NCBI GenBank assembly: GCA_963748625.1
Contig: CAVVJT010000007.1
Coordinates: forward strand, 864,001 to 928,000
From: an uncultured Chloroflexia bacterium
Lineage (GTDB): Bacteria > Chloroflexota > Limnocylindria > Limnocylindrales > CSP1-4
Length of the DNA stretch: 64,000 nucleotides
Direction: 5' to 3'
This document shows positions 48,639 through 59,350 of this stretch, one piece after another. The notes beneath the pieces were generated by a model. The model made no database searches and was not told where the DNA came from. It saw only the letters and a list, made by a program, of their open reading frames with translations. Position 1 is the stretch's first letter. Every line of letters starts with the position of its first letter. Position numbers and translations under genes: made by a program.

Positions 48639-48766
48639 CAGACGGCCGGTGCCGTGCGGCCGGGGCAGGGCAGCATGGCGGCGGGTGGTCGCGGCCGTCC
48701 GCAGCGGGCCTTCGCGACCACGTAGGATAGCGGCGCCCAAGCCGGGAGTGAGCAGGGAGAGGCCCG

Positions 48767-49627
48767 ATGGCGACCACGCCTGTCCAGTCCGTCCAGCACG
48801 GCAACGCGTACAACATCTTCATCCTGGTCCTGACGTTGGCCTCGCTGGTGGTCATGGGCCTGCTGCTGCTGCCCCTCGACGAGCACACCATCACGCTGCT
48901 GCGCTTCTACGACAATGCGATCTGCTTCGTGTTCCTGGGCGACTTCGCCATGAACATGATCCGCACCAAGCCCACCCGCCAGTACTTCATCAACGAGCGT
49001 GGCTGGCTCGACCTGCTCGGGTCCATCCCGTCGCTGGGCATCTTCCAGTTCGGTGGCCTGCTCCGCCTGGCCCGGCTCAGCCGCCTCGCCCGCGTCGCCA
49101 AGCTGTTGCGCGGCAGCAACCGGACCGCGCTCATCAAGGACGTGCTCGAGAACCGCAGCGAGTACGCGGTCTTCATCACGCTGATGGCCGCCGGGCTGGT
49201 GCTCAGCACGGCCAGCGTGCTGATGCTCCAGGTGGAGAGCCAGTCGCCGGATGCGAAGATCCTCACCGGCCAGGACGCGCTCTGGTGGGGACTGGTCACC
49301 ATCACCACGGTGGGCTACGGCGACTACTACCCGGTGACCGGGCCGGGCCGCCTGATCGCCACGTTCGTGATGTTCTCGGGCGTGGGCATCATCGGCGCGC
49401 TGGCGTCGATCCTGGCCTCGATGCTCGTGCCACCGCCGAAGGAGAAGACGCCCGAGGACATCGCGGCGGAGGCGGCCGCAGATGCGGCCGATGCGGACAG
49501 GGCTGACCAGGCGGCGAAGGCCACAGCCTCGGCATCGGATGCCGTCGCGGTCGAGCTGGCCGGCCTGCGTGAGGAGCTCGCGGCGCTGCGCAAGCTGGTG
49601 GCGGCCGATCGGGCGCAGGACGCCTGA
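48767..49627 (+). CDS. Voltage-gated-type potassium channel
   Basis: S4-like LRLARLSRLARV; pore signature WWGLVTITTVGYGD. Confidence 0.92.
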   Translation: MATTPVQSVQHGNAYNIFILVLTLASLVVMGLLLLPLDEHTITLLRFYDNAICFVFLGDFAMNMIRTKPTRQYFINERGWLDLLGSIPSLGIFQFGGLLRLARLSRLARVAKLLRGSNRTALIKDVLENRSEYAVFITLMAAGLVLSTASVLMLQVESQSPDAKILTGQDALWWGLVTITTVGYGDYYPVTGPGRLIATFVMFSGVGIIGALASILASMLVPPPKEKTPEDIAAEAAADAADADRADQAAKATASASDAVAVELAGLREELAALRKLVAADRAQDA

Positions 49628-49657
49628 CGTCCGTCACGCGCTGACCGGCCGGCCGGG

Positions 49658-49855
49658 TCACATGGCGGGCTGGTAGCCCGCGGCCAGGAACTGCTCCGGG
49701 TCGTCCTTGAACTCGAGCAGGCAGCCCTTGCCGCAGAACACGTACTCGCGGCCCTCGTACTCGGTGACCAGGCCCTTGGCGCGGGCGGCGTCCGGGTCCG
49801 GGGTCATGCCGCAGACGGGGTCCTCGTTGGGGGCGACGGGGCGGTGGTCGGCCAT
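49658..49855 (-). CDS. YHS domain protein
   Basis: DPVCGM...EYEGREYVFCGKGCLLEFKDDPEQF; GAGGA SD. Confidence 0.85.
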   Translation of the reverse strand: MADHRPVAPNEDPVCGMTPDPDAARAKGLVTEYEGREYVFCGKGCLLEFKDDPEQFLAAGYQPAM

Positions 49856-49893
49856 GGTGGTCCTCGAGCTGGTGGCTGGGATGCGGAGGTCGG

Positions 49894-50553
49894 TCAATCG
49901 TAGCCGAGCGAGCGCAGGACGGGCGCCATCCGGGCGGCGGCCCGGGCCCGGTGCGAGATCGCGTGCTTCTCGGCGGCCGTCCACTGGCCCAGGGTGCGCC
50001 CACCCGGCGGCTCCTGGTGCGGCTCGAACAGCGGGTCGTAGCCAAACCCGCCATCGCCGCGGAGTCCGGTCGCGATGCGGCCGCGGCAGGTGCCCCGTCG
50101 CACGAGGAGGCGCTGGCCACCGCGCGGCCCCGCCTCACCGGGGAGGGCCAGCGCCAGCACGCACACGTAGCGCGCCCCGCGCTCGGCCGCCGGCAGCCCG
50201 TCCAGCTCCCGGAGGAGCCGGGCGTTGTTGTCCGCGTCGGTCGCGTCCGGCCCGGCGAAGCGGCGCGTGTAGACCCCGGGGCCGCCGTCGAGCGCGTCCA
50301 CCTCAAGTCCGGAGTCGTCGGCCAGCGTGGGCAGGCCGCTCCGGGAGGCGTAGTAGCGCGCCTTGATGCGGGCGTTGGTCTCGAAGGTGCTGCCGGTCTC
50401 GTCGGGCTCGCCCTCGATGCCCAGGTCGTCCGGACCGATGAGCTCCACGTTGTCGCCGAGGGCAAGCAGCTCGCGCAGCTCCCGCAGCTTGTGCTGGGAG
50501 CGGGTCGCGACGAGCAGCCGCCGGGCGTCGCCCACGAGCGGCCCTTCGATCAC
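49894..50553 (-). CDS. rdgB: Non-canonical purine NTP pyrophosphatase (RdgB/HAM1)
   Basis: ETGSTFETNARIKA, LADDSGLEVDALDGGPGVY, GFGYDPLF, KHAISHR. Confidence 0.95.
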   Translation of the reverse strand: MIEGPLVGDARRLLVATRSQHKLRELRELLALGDNVELIGPDDLGIEGEPDETGSTFETNARIKARYYASRSGLPTLADDSGLEVDALDGGPGVYTRRFAGPDATDADNNARLLRELDGLPAAERGARYVCVLALALPGEAGPRGGQRLLVRRGTCRGRIATGLRGDGGFGYDPLFEPHQEPPGGRTLGQWTAAEKHAISHRARAAARMAPVLRSLGYD

Positions 50554-51326
50554 TACCTGCGCACCTTGGCGAGGGCAGCGGTCTGCGCCTCGAACAGCGT
50601 CTTGAGACCATCGTTCGCAAGGTCGAGCAGGCCGTCGAGCTGGGCTCGGGAGAAGGGCTTGCCCTCCGCCGTGCCCTGGAGCTCCACGTAGGCGCCGGCG
50701 TCGGTGCCCACGACATTGAAGTCCACCTCGGCTCGGGAGTCCTCCGAGTAGTCGAGGTCCAGCATGTTGAGGCCGTCGATGATCCCCACGCTCACGGCCG
50801 CCACGTGCCCGGTGAGGTGGCGGTCCATCCCGTAGGTGATCATCGCGGCCGCCAGCGCGACGTAGCCGCCGGTGATGGACGCGGTCCGGGTGCCGCCATC
50901 GGCCTGGATGACGTCGCAGTCCACGGTGATCGTGCGCTCGCCCAGGCGGGACATGTCCACCACGCCCCGCAGCGACCGCCCGACGAGGCGCTGGATCTCG
51001 TGGGTCCGCCCGCCGATCTTGCCCTTGGCCGACTCACGCTCCGAACGCTCCGCGGTTGCCCGCGGCAGCATCTCGTACGTGCCTGTGACCCAGCCGGTGC
51101 CCTTGCCGCGAAGGTGCGGCGGGACGCGGTCCTCGATGGTGGCCGCGCACAGGACCTGCGTGTCGCCAAACCGGATCATGCAGGAGCCCTCGGCCCACTT
51201 CTGGACGCCGAGGGTGATCTCGATCGGGCGCAGGTCGCCCGGGCCACGCCCGTCCGCGCGCACGTGGCCGCGATTGCCGATGCCGCCGGTGCCGCCGCTT
51301 GCGGGCGGCCGATTGCCGATGCTCAT
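50553..51326 (-). CDS. rph: Ribonuclease PH
   Basis: [50 protein letters not shown]. Confidence 0.96.
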   Translation of the reverse strand: MSIGNRPPASGGTGGIGNRGHVRADGRGPGDLRPIEITLGVQKWAEGSCMIRFGDTQVLCAATIEDRVPPHLRGKGTGWVTGTYEMLPRATAERSERESAKGKIGGRTHEIQRLVGRSLRGVVDMSRLGERTITVDCDVIQADGGTRTASITGGYVALAAAMITYGMDRHLTGHVAAVSVGIIDGLNMLDLDYSEDSRAEVDFNVVGTDAGAYVELQGTAEGKPFSRAQLDGLLDLANDGLKTLFEAQTAALAKVRR

Positions 51327-52477
51327 GCGTTCGTCTCCCTGCGCTCGTCTGCCTTGGCGGCATCCCAGAGCGCGTCCAGCTCTTCGAAGGTCATGTCGCG
51401 CAGGGCCGTGCCGCGCGCGGCGGCCCCCAGCTCCACGTGCCGGAACCGCCGGCGGAACTTGTCGTTGGCGCCGCGCAGGGCGGCCTCCACCTCGATCCCG
51501 GTCTTGCGACCGACGTTCACCAGCACGAACAGCAGGTCGCCCAGCTCCTCGGCCCGGTGGGCGTCGGACTCCGCCTCGACGAGCTCGCCAACCTCCTCGC
51601 GCACCTTGTCCAGCACGCCGTCGATCGAGGGCCAGTCATAGCCAAGGTTCGCCGCCCGCTCCTGCATCTCCTGGCTGGCGGCGAGCGCAGGCAGCGAGCG
51701 GCTGATGCCGTCGAGCGCGCTCTTGAAGTCGCCGTCGGCGCCCTGGCCCGCGGCCGCCCGCTCGCCCTGCTTGATCCGCTCCCACTGGCGGTTCACGTCC
51801 GACGCGGTGCGCGCCTCGCTCTCGCCGAACACGTGGGGATGGCGACGGACGATCTTCGACGCGATGGCGGCCCACACGTCGGTCATGTCGAAGACGCCCG
51901 CCTCGGCCGCCAGCTGGGCGTGGAGGACGATCTGCAGCAGCAGGTCGCCGAGCTCGCCGGCAAGCTCCGGGGTGGCCTCGGCGCCGAGGGCGTCATAGAC
52001 CTCGTAGGCCTCCTCGAGCAGGTGGTTGCGGAGCGACTCGTGGGTCTGCTCGCGATCCCACGGGCAGCCACCCGGGGCGCGGAGGCGGGCGGAGATCCAC
52101 GGCATGCCCCACGGCGACGCCACGTCCGCCACGGGATCAACAGGCCCCAGGTACAGCGGTCCGGTGAGGTCCTCGCGGACGAGCTCACCGATGGTCGTCC
52201 CCTCGGGAATGCCGATCCGGCCGACCGGGTGGTCGGCCGGGTACAGGCGGCGGAGGAGGGCGATCGGCTCGGAGCCACCCGGGCCGTGGCGACCGGGCAG
52301 CGGCTCGACGGAGCCGTCCGGCGCCGCCAACCGGAGCCTGGCCGCCGGCACGACGAGCGTCGGCACGGCGGGTTCGAGCGGGGTGGCAGTCAGGCGCTCG
52401 CTGACGACGATGGCCAGCCCCCGACCCGGGTCGAAGGCCCAGCGCAGGCGTGCCTCGGCAAGGAGCGCGTCGAGCAT
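51323..52477 (-). CDS. mazG: Nucleoside triphosphate pyrophosphohydrolase MazG with N-terminal extension
   Basis: [49 protein letters not shown], plus a second MazG domain. Confidence 0.93.
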   Translation of the reverse strand: MLDALLAEARLRWAFDPGRGLAIVVSERLTATPLEPAVPTLVVPAARLRLAAPDGSVEPLPGRHGPGGSEPIALLRRLYPADHPVGRIGIPEGTTIGELVREDLTGPLYLGPVDPVADVASPWGMPWISARLRAPGGCPWDREQTHESLRNHLLEEAYEVYDALGAEATPELAGELGDLLLQIVLHAQLAAEAGVFDMTDVWAAIASKIVRRHPHVFGESEARTASDVNRQWERIKQGERAAAGQGADGDFKSALDGISRSLPALAASQEMQERAANLGYDWPSIDGVLDKVREEVGELVEAESDAHRAEELGDLLFVLVNVGRKTGIEVEAALRGANDKFRRRFRHVELGAAARGTALRDMTFEELDALWDAAKADERRETNA

Positions 52478-52499
52478 CGCCTGCCCCGATCCGCCGGCG

Positions 52500-54218
52500 T
52501 CAGCTGGTGGCGCCGGTGATGGCCGGATCGCGCGTCACCTCGAAGGCGTCCCGTTCGGTGGTGTACCAGTCCCCGAAGACGGTGCTCCGCAGCTCGGCCT
52601 CCTGGTCCTCGTCGGGGGCCCGGGTCTCCTCCGCGTTGACGCGAACGAGGTAGATCCCCTCACCGTCCACCGTGACCGGGTCGGCGACCTGACCAAGCGG
52701 CGCCGCGAAGATCGCGTCCTCGAGCGTCCTGCCCAACTGGCCCTTGGCCACCCATCCCAGGCGCCCGCCCTGCGCGGCGTCCCCCAAGTCGGAGTTGTCG
52801 CGCGCGGCATCCTCGAAGGTGACAGTGCCGGCGGCAATGTCGCTCTTGAGCTTGGCCGCGAACTCCACGTCCGGCGGGAAGCGCTGGACCTGGATCACGT
52901 GGTACCCGAAGGCGGACCTGACCGGCTCAAGGAGCTGGCCGGGCTGCAGGCCCTCGGCCGAGATCGCCGCCCAGAACGCCGGGTCGATGGCGTCCTCGGT
53001 GGAGAAGTACGGCAGCTTGCCGCCGGTCGAGACGGCAGCGCCCTCATCGCTCTCGGCGCGCGCGATCGAGTCGAACAGGGTCGGGTCGGCCTTGAGCTTC
53101 TCATAGGTCGCCTTGGCCTTGGTCTCGGCGGCGGCCCATGCCGGATCGTCCTGGGCAATGGTGCTGGCGGCGTTGGGATCGCCGTTGGGCGAGTAGAGGA
53201 TGTGGCGGACGCGGATGGCGCCATCCCCGGACTCGCTCTGGCCCTCGGCGAGGAGGATCTGCTGGACGTCGCGCTGCGGCCCCTCGGCGAGGTATGGGGC
53301 GAGCACGGACTCCTCGAGCCGGTCGCGGGTGAGATCGCGGCGGAGCGCGGCGCGGAAGTCGTTGATGTCGATGCCCGCGTCCTTGACCTGCTGCTCCAGG
53401 GTCGCGTCCACCACGGGGTCGAGGATCTCGGTGACCCGGCCGATGCGGAAGGTGCCGTCAGCACCCTCGACCACCTCGGTCGGGGCGTCCTTGGCCGCAG
53501 CGAGGAGCGCCGCCCGGAAGGCCGTGTCGAGCGAGCTGGCATCATCGATGAACCCGATGTCACCTGCCTGGGCGGCGGATGCGTCGGTGGAGACCTCCTT
53601 GGCGATGGCGTCCCAATCGCCACCAGCCTTCAGGTCCGCGAGCGCCTTCGCAGCCTTGGCCCTCGCGGCAGTCTTCGCCTCGTCGGTGGGCAGGCTCTTG
53701 CCGGATTCGAGCTCCGGCGTCACGGCGATCATCCACGCATGCCGCAGCTCGGGGATGGTGGCCTCTTCGGTGACGCGCCCGGTGACATCATCCTCGGTGA
53801 TGGTCACGCCCTGCTTCGTGGCGAGCTCGGCCTGGATGGTGCCGTCGATGAGCTGCTCGAGCGAGATGGTGTCGATCTGCTGGAGCCGCTGCTCGATGAT
53901 CGCCTGGCGCGTGTCGGCATCCGTGGGCCGGATCTGGTTGGCGGCCAGGAGGGTCCGGAGCCGGCGGGTCTGGTAGTCGGCGCGGAACGTGTTGACCGCA
54001 ACCTGCTTCGCGTACGCGTCCTTGGTGATGGTCTGCCCGTTCACGGTGGCCACCGAGGCGAGGTGGTCGTTGTACCACGAGGCTCCCCAGGCCACGAGCA
54101 GCAGCAGGAGCGCGGCCACGATGGTGAGTCCGAAGCCGATGTTGAGCAGCGCGGACCGCCGGTCCCGATCATCCCAGGAGCGGGACCGGGTGGCGCCCTG
54201 CTTGGGGCGAGAGGTCAT
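52500..54218 (-). CDS. PrsA/SurA-like peptidylprolyl isomerase with parvulin domains
   Basis: N-terminal TM, VATVNGQTIT, VRHILYS, GGKLPYF, VRSAFGYHVIQV, GGRLGWV. Confidence 0.85.
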   Translation of the reverse strand: MTSRPKQGATRSRSWDDRDRRSALLNIGFGLTIVAALLLLLVAWGASWYNDHLASVATVNGQTITKDAYAKQVAVNTFRADYQTRRLRTLLAANQIRPTDADTRQAIIEQRLQQIDTISLEQLIDGTIQAELATKQGVTITEDDVTGRVTEEATIPELRHAWMIAVTPELESGKSLPTDEAKTAARAKAAKALADLKAGGDWDAIAKEVSTDASAAQAGDIGFIDDASSLDTAFRAALLAAAKDAPTEVVEGADGTFRIGRVTEILDPVVDATLEQQVKDAGIDINDFRAALRRDLTRDRLEESVLAPYLAEGPQRDVQQILLAEGQSESGDGAIRVRHILYSPNGDPNAASTIAQDDPAWAAAETKAKATYEKLKADPTLFDSIARAESDEGAAVSTGGKLPYFSTEDAIDPAFWAAISAEGLQPGQLLEPVRSAFGYHVIQVQRFPPDVEFAAKLKSDIAAGTVTFEDAARDNSDLGDAAQGGRLGWVAKGQLGRTLEDAIFAAPLGQVADPVTVDGEGIYLVRVNAEETRAPDEDQEAELRSTVFGDWYTTERDAFEVTRDPAITGATS

Positions 54219-54371
54219 GGACGTGTGGATCCTTCGTTCGTGAGGGAGCCTTCCCGGCAGGAGATGGCAGCCGGTCGGCGCGGTTGCGGACGCGCCGCGG
54301 ATGGTACCGCATGCGCGTGCGAGGGCCGCATCGGGCCACTCGGGGCGAGCCGCATGCTACCCTCCGGCCCG

Positions 54372-55241
54372 ATGACTGCCAGATCCGAGGTCCCGGCCCA
54401 GTTCAGGTCCTCCGCGAAGCGGCCGGGACCGATCGGCCTCATCAAGGTCGGGATCACCGAGACGCTGTCGCGGAAGCGCCTCGTCGCGTACCTCGTGCGG
54501 GCGGACCTGCGCAAGACCGGTGCCGACACGTTGCTGGGCAACCTGTGGTGGATCATCGATCCGGTCCTCCAGATGGCCGTGTACTCGCTCCTCGTGACCA
54601 TCATCGGGCGCGGTGGCGGCATCGAGGACTACCCGCTCTTCATCTTCGCGGCGATCCTCCCCTGGAAGTGGTTCGACTCCACGGTCAAGGACGGGGTGAC
54701 CTCGGTCGTCAGCCAGGAACGGCTGATCAAGCAGATCTACTTCCCGAAGCTCGTGCTGCCAGTCTCGGCGTCCCTGGGCGGGATCGTCAGCTTCGGATTC
54801 GGCCTGGTCCCGCTCGTCGCGATGATGGTCCTCTTCTTCCCGGGCCACCTGAGCCTCTGGCTGCTGCTGATCCCGCTCGTCGCGATCGTCCAGCTGCTCT
54901 TCACCTCGGCATTCGCGATCGCGGTGGCCGCGCTGAACGTGTTCTACCGCGACGTCGGCAACGTGATGCGCCACGTCATGCGCTTCTGGTTCTTCCTCTC
55001 CCCGACCCTGTACGGCCTCGACCAGGTGGCCGAGCTGAGCAACAAGAGCGAGGTCGTCCGGGTCTGGTACCAGGTGAACCCGTGGACCCACATCTTGGGC
55101 TCCTACCGGAACCTCATCTACTACGGCATCGCGCCTGACTGGGTCGGGCTGCTTGCCGTCGGGGTCATCTCGGTCTTCATGCTCGCCGGCGCCATCCTGC
55201 TGTTCAAGCGCGTCGAGCCCGCCTTCGCGAAGGTCCTGTGA
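54372..55241 (+). CDS. ABC-2 polysaccharide/teichoic acid export permease (Wzm/TagG-like)
   Basis: LGNLWWIIDPVLQMAVY, LIKQIYFP, LNVFYRDV, FLSPTLY, NPWTH. Confidence 0.88.
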   Translation: MTARSEVPAQFRSSAKRPGPIGLIKVGITETLSRKRLVAYLVRADLRKTGADTLLGNLWWIIDPVLQMAVYSLLVTIIGRGGGIEDYPLFIFAAILPWKWFDSTVKDGVTSVVSQERLIKQIYFPKLVLPVSASLGGIVSFGFGLVPLVAMMVLFFPGHLSLWLLLIPLVAIVQLLFTSAFAIAVAALNVFYRDVGNVMRHVMRFWFFLSPTLYGLDQVAELSNKSEVVRVWYQVNPWTHILGSYRNLIYYGIAPDWVGLLAVGVISVFMLAGAILLFKRVEPAFAKVL

Positions 55242-56047
55242 GCACCGAGTCCGCCGCCGCCAGCAAGATCGCCATCCACGCCGAGAACGTTGGCGTCAAG
55301 TACAACCTGCGTCTGACGCGGAAGGCGACGCTGCGCCAGACCATGATCCGCCGGGTCAAGCGGACCGGTGACAACTGGTTCTGGGCCCTGCGCGAGGTGG
55401 GCTTCACCGTCAACCACGGCGACTCGCTCGGCGTGGTGGGGCCCAACGGCGCCGGCAAGAGCACGCTGCTCCAGGTGCTGGCCGGAATCATCACGCCGTC
55501 CGAGGGCGACGTGCTGGTGGACGGGCACGTCTCCAGCCTGCTGACGCTCGGGGTGGGCTTCGACCAGGACCTTTCCGGCACGGACAACATCCGCCTCGCG
55601 GGCGCGTTCATGGGGATCGACCACAAGGTGGTCGAGGAGAAGCTGCCCGGGATCGTTGACTACGCCGACCTGGGCGAGTTCATCGACGCGCCGATCAAGA
55701 CGTACTCGTCGGGCATGCGGGCGCGTCTCGGGTTTGCGATCGCCACGTCGGTGGAGCCCGACATCCTGCTGCTCGACGAGGTCCTGTCCACGGGTGATGC
55801 CGCGTTCCGCGCCAAGTCCAAGGAGCGCGTCGGCGAGCTGGTCAAGGAGGCCAAGGCGATCGTGCTGGTGACCCACGACATGAACTGGGTGACCGAGTAC
55901 TGCAACCGCGCAATGCTCATCGAGCACGGGCGCATCTTCATGATGGGCACGCCCGAGGAAGTGGTCGGCGTCCACATCGAGCGCTCCGCCGAGCGTCGTG
56001 CCCAGAAGCAGGCCCAGGGCGTGTTCCAGGTGAAGCGCCGCCCGTAG
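55238..56047 (+). CDS. ABC export ATP-binding protein (Wzt/TagH-like)
   Basis: GPNGAGKST, YSSGMRARLGF, ILLLDEVLSTGD; GTGA overlap with the permease. Confidence 0.92.
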   Translation: MSTESAAASKIAIHAENVGVKYNLRLTRKATLRQTMIRRVKRTGDNWFWALREVGFTVNHGDSLGVVGPNGAGKSTLLQVLAGIITPSEGDVLVDGHVSSLLTLGVGFDQDLSGTDNIRLAGAFMGIDHKVVEEKLPGIVDYADLGEFIDAPIKTYSSGMRARLGFAIATSVEPDILLLDEVLSTGDAAFRAKSKERVGELVKEAKAIVLVTHDMNWVTEYCNRAMLIEHGRIFMMGTPEEVVGVHIERSAERRAQKQAQGVFQVKRRP

Positions 56048-56096
56048 GCCTGCCGGCGCCGGCTGGAACCCCAAGCGGCGCGGTCGCGTGAAGGGG

Positions 56097-56819
56097 CTAT
56101 CCGCGACGATCGCGGAGCAGCTTGAACGCCCCGGTGACGAGGCCGATTGCGACCCCCAGGGCAAGCCCGCCCCGCCAGTCAAGGAGGGGACGGACATCGC
56201 CCGTGACCTTGAGCGCCACCATGACCAGCACGGCGCTCGGCCGGTTGATGCTGATGTTCTGGGCGATCATCGTGCGGACGAAGCCCTGCTCGAGCGTCGC
56301 GTCCTTGGCCACCACGTTCGACGCGATGCCCTGGCTGACGCGCAGCTCACGTGCCATCGCGGCACCGACGCTGCCGAACTCCACGGACATCGTGTCAGCT
56401 CGCCCGGCGCCGATACCGCCCCATTGGACGAAGACGTCGTCGGCCTGGAGGCGGCCGATGCCGCCCATCCGGACCTCGACCCTCTCCGCCGTGGCCTCTT
56501 CGATGCCACCGCGCTCGACCCGGATGCTGCTGGCAGCGAGGCGCCCCTGCGGCCCCTCCAGGAGCAGCGGCCCGGCGGGTGCGGCCGGGGACCCGCCGAG
56601 TGCAGCCACCTCGGCGACCGCCTCCGCGACCGCCGCCGCCTCCGCAGCCTCGGCTTCGGCGATGGCGTCGACACCTGCGGACGCGTCGACCCCGGCTCCT
56701 GCGGACGAGCCAGCGCCGGCTGCGGCGGACGCACTTCCGGCACCAGCAACGTCAGGTGCGCCATCGAGCGCCTCGTCGGAGCGGGTGCGCGTGCGGCGTG
56801 CGGGCGTCTCGTCGGTCAT
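56097..56819 (-). CDS. Hypothetical protein with Ala-rich N-terminus, short beta-type repeats and C-terminal TM
   Basis: GAGGA SD; VERGGIEEA / VRMGGIGRL / VQWGGIGAG repeats. Confidence 0.6.
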   Translation of the reverse strand: MTDETPARRTRTRSDEALDGAPDVAGAGSASAAAGAGSSAGAGVDASAGVDAIAEAEAAEAAAVAEAVAEVAALGGSPAAPAGPLLLEGPQGRLAASSIRVERGGIEEATAERVEVRMGGIGRLQADDVFVQWGGIGAGRADTMSVEFGSVGAAMARELRVSQGIASNVVAKDATLEQGFVRTMIAQNISINRPSAVLVMVALKVTGDVRPLLDWRGGLALGVAIGLVTGAFKLLRDRRG

Positions 56820-57068
56820 GGTGGTCCTCGTCGGGTACGGGTCGGCCGCAAGGACCGACACGATGGCTTCTCCGGGGAGCCTACAGCACGGCGCGGGGCC
56901 TGCTCCGGGCCGGCGCCCACGCCGCGCATGGGCATCCCGCGCCCCAAGGGGCTATCCTGCGGCCGGACCTGACCGGGCGTCACCCGGCCGACGGCCGTTG
57001 CGTCAGCCCGGCTGCCGGGGGACACGAGCCATGGCGGATCTGCGGACCGCCGGGAGGATGCGCCACCG

Positions 57069-58316
57069 ATGAGCCGGAATGTGACTGCGGCCCTGGCCGT
57101 GCTCGTCCTCGTCCTTGGCGTTGGAGCCGGGATCGCTGTCGGCTTCCTCGTGCAGGACCAGGGCGGTCAGACGGCGGCGGTCGGCACGGCGACGCCCGGA
57201 CCGGTGACCCCGGTGCCGGCCACGGAGTCCCCGTCGAACGGGGCGCCGTCCACCACCGCACCCGGGGAGAGCGGTGAGCCGTCCGGCGCCCCGACGCCGA
57301 GCGCGGCAGCATCGCCATCCGTCGCTCCCTCTGCCACCCCGGCGCCCACCCCCGTCACCTACGCCGAGGCGCTCACCGGGCTGCCGGTCAGCGAGAAGGT
57401 CGCCAAACGGCGCGTGATCGCGGTGATGATCGATGACCTGTGGGCAGCCAGGCCCCAGTCAGGCCTCAGCAGCGCCAGCGTGGTCTGGCACGCTCCGGCT
57501 GAAGGCGGCATCCCGCGCTACATGGCCCTGTTCCAGGCTGGTAACCCATCAGCGGTGGGGCCCGTCCGCTCGTCGCGCCTGTACTACATCGCCTGGGCGT
57601 CGGAGTGGCGCTCGGTCTACACCCATGTGGGCGGGTCGCCCCAGGCGATGGCCTACCTGGCCACCGGCAAGGGCCGGGGCAAGGCGGTGTACAACGCCGA
57701 CTACAACCGGTGGGGCGGCAAGTACCTCTGGCGGATCAGCCGCCGGTCCTCCCCGCACAACGTCTACACCGACGCGAAGAACCTGCGCAAGCTGGCCAAG
57801 GCCGTTGGCGGCGACCCGTATGCCGAGGCTCCCAAGCCCGTCTGGAGCTTCGGGCCCGACGCGCCACTGGAGGCGCGACCGGTGGGCGGCACGATCACCG
57901 TTCCCTATCCGGCCAACAAGATCCAGTACAAGTACGACCGCAAGTCGAACACCTACCGGCGGACCGTGACCGCGGAGGGCAAGCAGGTCGACGCCGCCAA
58001 CGACACCCGCATCGCCCCCAAGAACGTCGTCGTGATGCAGGTCCAGTTCGTCCCGACCGGCGACAAGAAGGGGCGCCTTGACGGCCAGGTCACGGGCACG
58101 GGCAAGGCCTGGTTCTTCAGCAACGGCAAGGTGGTCAAGGGCACCTGGAAGAAGGCCGATTTCACGGCGCACACGCGCTTCTTCGATGCGGCCGGCAACC
58201 CGGTCGTGCTGACGGCGGGGCAGACGTTCATCCAGGTGATCCCGCGCTCCACGGCGCTGAGCTTCACGAAGGGCAAGATGCCCGAGGCAACGCCGGCACC
58301 GAGCACCCAGCCGTAG
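57069..58316 (+). CDS. DUF3048 (YerB-like) exported protein
   Basis: VMIDD...ARPQSGL..A.VV....AEGGIPRY, VGPVRSSRLY, HVGGSP, PHNVY. Confidence 0.88.
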   Translation: MSRNVTAALAVLVLVLGVGAGIAVGFLVQDQGGQTAAVGTATPGPVTPVPATESPSNGAPSTTAPGESGEPSGAPTPSAAASPSVAPSATPAPTPVTYAEALTGLPVSEKVAKRRVIAVMIDDLWAARPQSGLSSASVVWHAPAEGGIPRYMALFQAGNPSAVGPVRSSRLYYIAWASEWRSVYTHVGGSPQAMAYLATGKGRGKAVYNADYNRWGGKYLWRISRRSSPHNVYTDAKNLRKLAKAVGGDPYAEAPKPVWSFGPDAPLEARPVGGTITVPYPANKIQYKYDRKSNTYRRTVTAEGKQVDAANDTRIAPKNVVVMQVQFVPTGDKKGRLDGQVTGTGKAWFFSNGKVVKGTWKKADFTAHTRFFDAAGNPVVLTAGQTFIQVIPRSTALSFTKGKMPEATPAPSTQP

Positions 58317-58389
58317 GCGACCAAGCCCGCGGGCGTCTCGCGGGCCGGGGGCGGGCCGTGGGCCGGGCACGCCGGCCCGCGTGAAACTC

Positions 58390-58492
58390 GGCGCCCATGC
58401 CGGCGCGAGGCCAGCGCCCAGGCCGGCGTGAGGGTCAGCGCCGCGGCCGGCGCGAGGACCGGCGCCCATGCCGGCGCGAGGGTCAGCGCCCG
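58390..58492. repeat. Short intergenic direct repeats (GGCGCCCATGCCGGCGCGAGG x2; GAGGGTCAGCGCC x2)
   Basis: Directly visible between convergent genes. Confidence 0.6.
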
Positions 58493-59307
58493 GTCGTTGT
58501 CGGCTTCCGCTTCGGGCCGCGCCCGCGGAGCTCGTCCAGGCGCAGGCCGACCACCACGAACAGCGCCTCCACGATGATCCGGCGACTCATCTTGGACTGG
58601 CCGAGCCGGCGGTCGCGGAAGATGATCGGCACCTCGGTCACGCGCGCGCCGAAGCGCGAGGCGCGGTACGTCATCTCGATCTGGAAGACGTAGCCACCCG
58701 CGCGCACGCCAGTGAACGGCACCGCCGCGAGCGTGCTCGCCCGCCAGGCCTTGAAGCCGCCCGTCAGGTCATGGGGCGCAAGGCCCAGCACGATCCGGGC
58801 GAAGGTGGAGCCGCCACGCGAGACGAGCCGGCGGCCGATCCCCCAGTCCACCACCCCGCCGCCCTTCGTGTACCGCGAGCCGATCACGAGATCCGCGCGG
58901 TCATCAGCGATGGGCCGCACGAGGTCGGGCAGGACCGCGGGATCGTGCGACCAGTCCGCGTCCATCTGGATCACGACCGAGGCGCCCGCGCCGAGCGCCA
59001 CGCCGAACCCGTCGAGGTACGCCCGGCCGAGGCCCTGCTTCGCCGCTCGGTGGTGCACGCGGATCCGGGCATCGATCCTGGCGAGCTCGTCGGCGATGAC
59101 GCCGGTCCCGTCCGGGGACCCGTCGTCCACCACGAGCAGCGTCGCGCCCGGCAGGGCTGCCAGGATCGCGGCGGAGATCTCGCGGATGTTCTCGCACTCG
59201 TTGTAGGTGGGCAGCACGACCCAGACGCCGGTCCTCACCGCCGACGAGTCGGACGGCCCATCGACGGGCGCGGAGGTGGGTTCGGCAGGCAGGACAGCAT
59301 CGGTCAT
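58483..59307 (-). CDS. Polyprenol monophosphomannose synthase-like GT2 glycosyltransferase
   Basis: VVLPTYNE, VVDDGSPDGTG, KQGLGRAY, QMDADWSHDP, DLTGGFK, FRDRRLGQSKMS. Confidence 0.9.
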   Translation of the reverse strand: MTDAVLPAEPTSAPVDGPSDSSAVRTGVWVVLPTYNECENIREISAAILAALPGATLLVVDDGSPDGTGVIADELARIDARIRVHHRAAKQGLGRAYLDGFGVALGAGASVVIQMDADWSHDPAVLPDLVRPIADDRADLVIGSRYTKGGGVVDWGIGRRLVSRGGSTFARIVLGLAPHDLTGGFKAWRASTLAAVPFTGVRAGGYVFQIEMTYRASRFGARVTEVPIIFRDRRLGQSKMSRRIIVEALFVVVGLRLDELRGRGPKRKPTTTGR

Positions 59308-59350
59308 GTCCGGGTGAGTGTACGCGGACGGGTCCGGGCCGACTGCGTCG

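Noticed and set aside
52026-54371. N-terminal ~780 aa of the 1071-aa plus-strand ORF
   Set aside because: Antisense shadow of mazG and the PPIase gene; only 54372-55241 encodes the permease.
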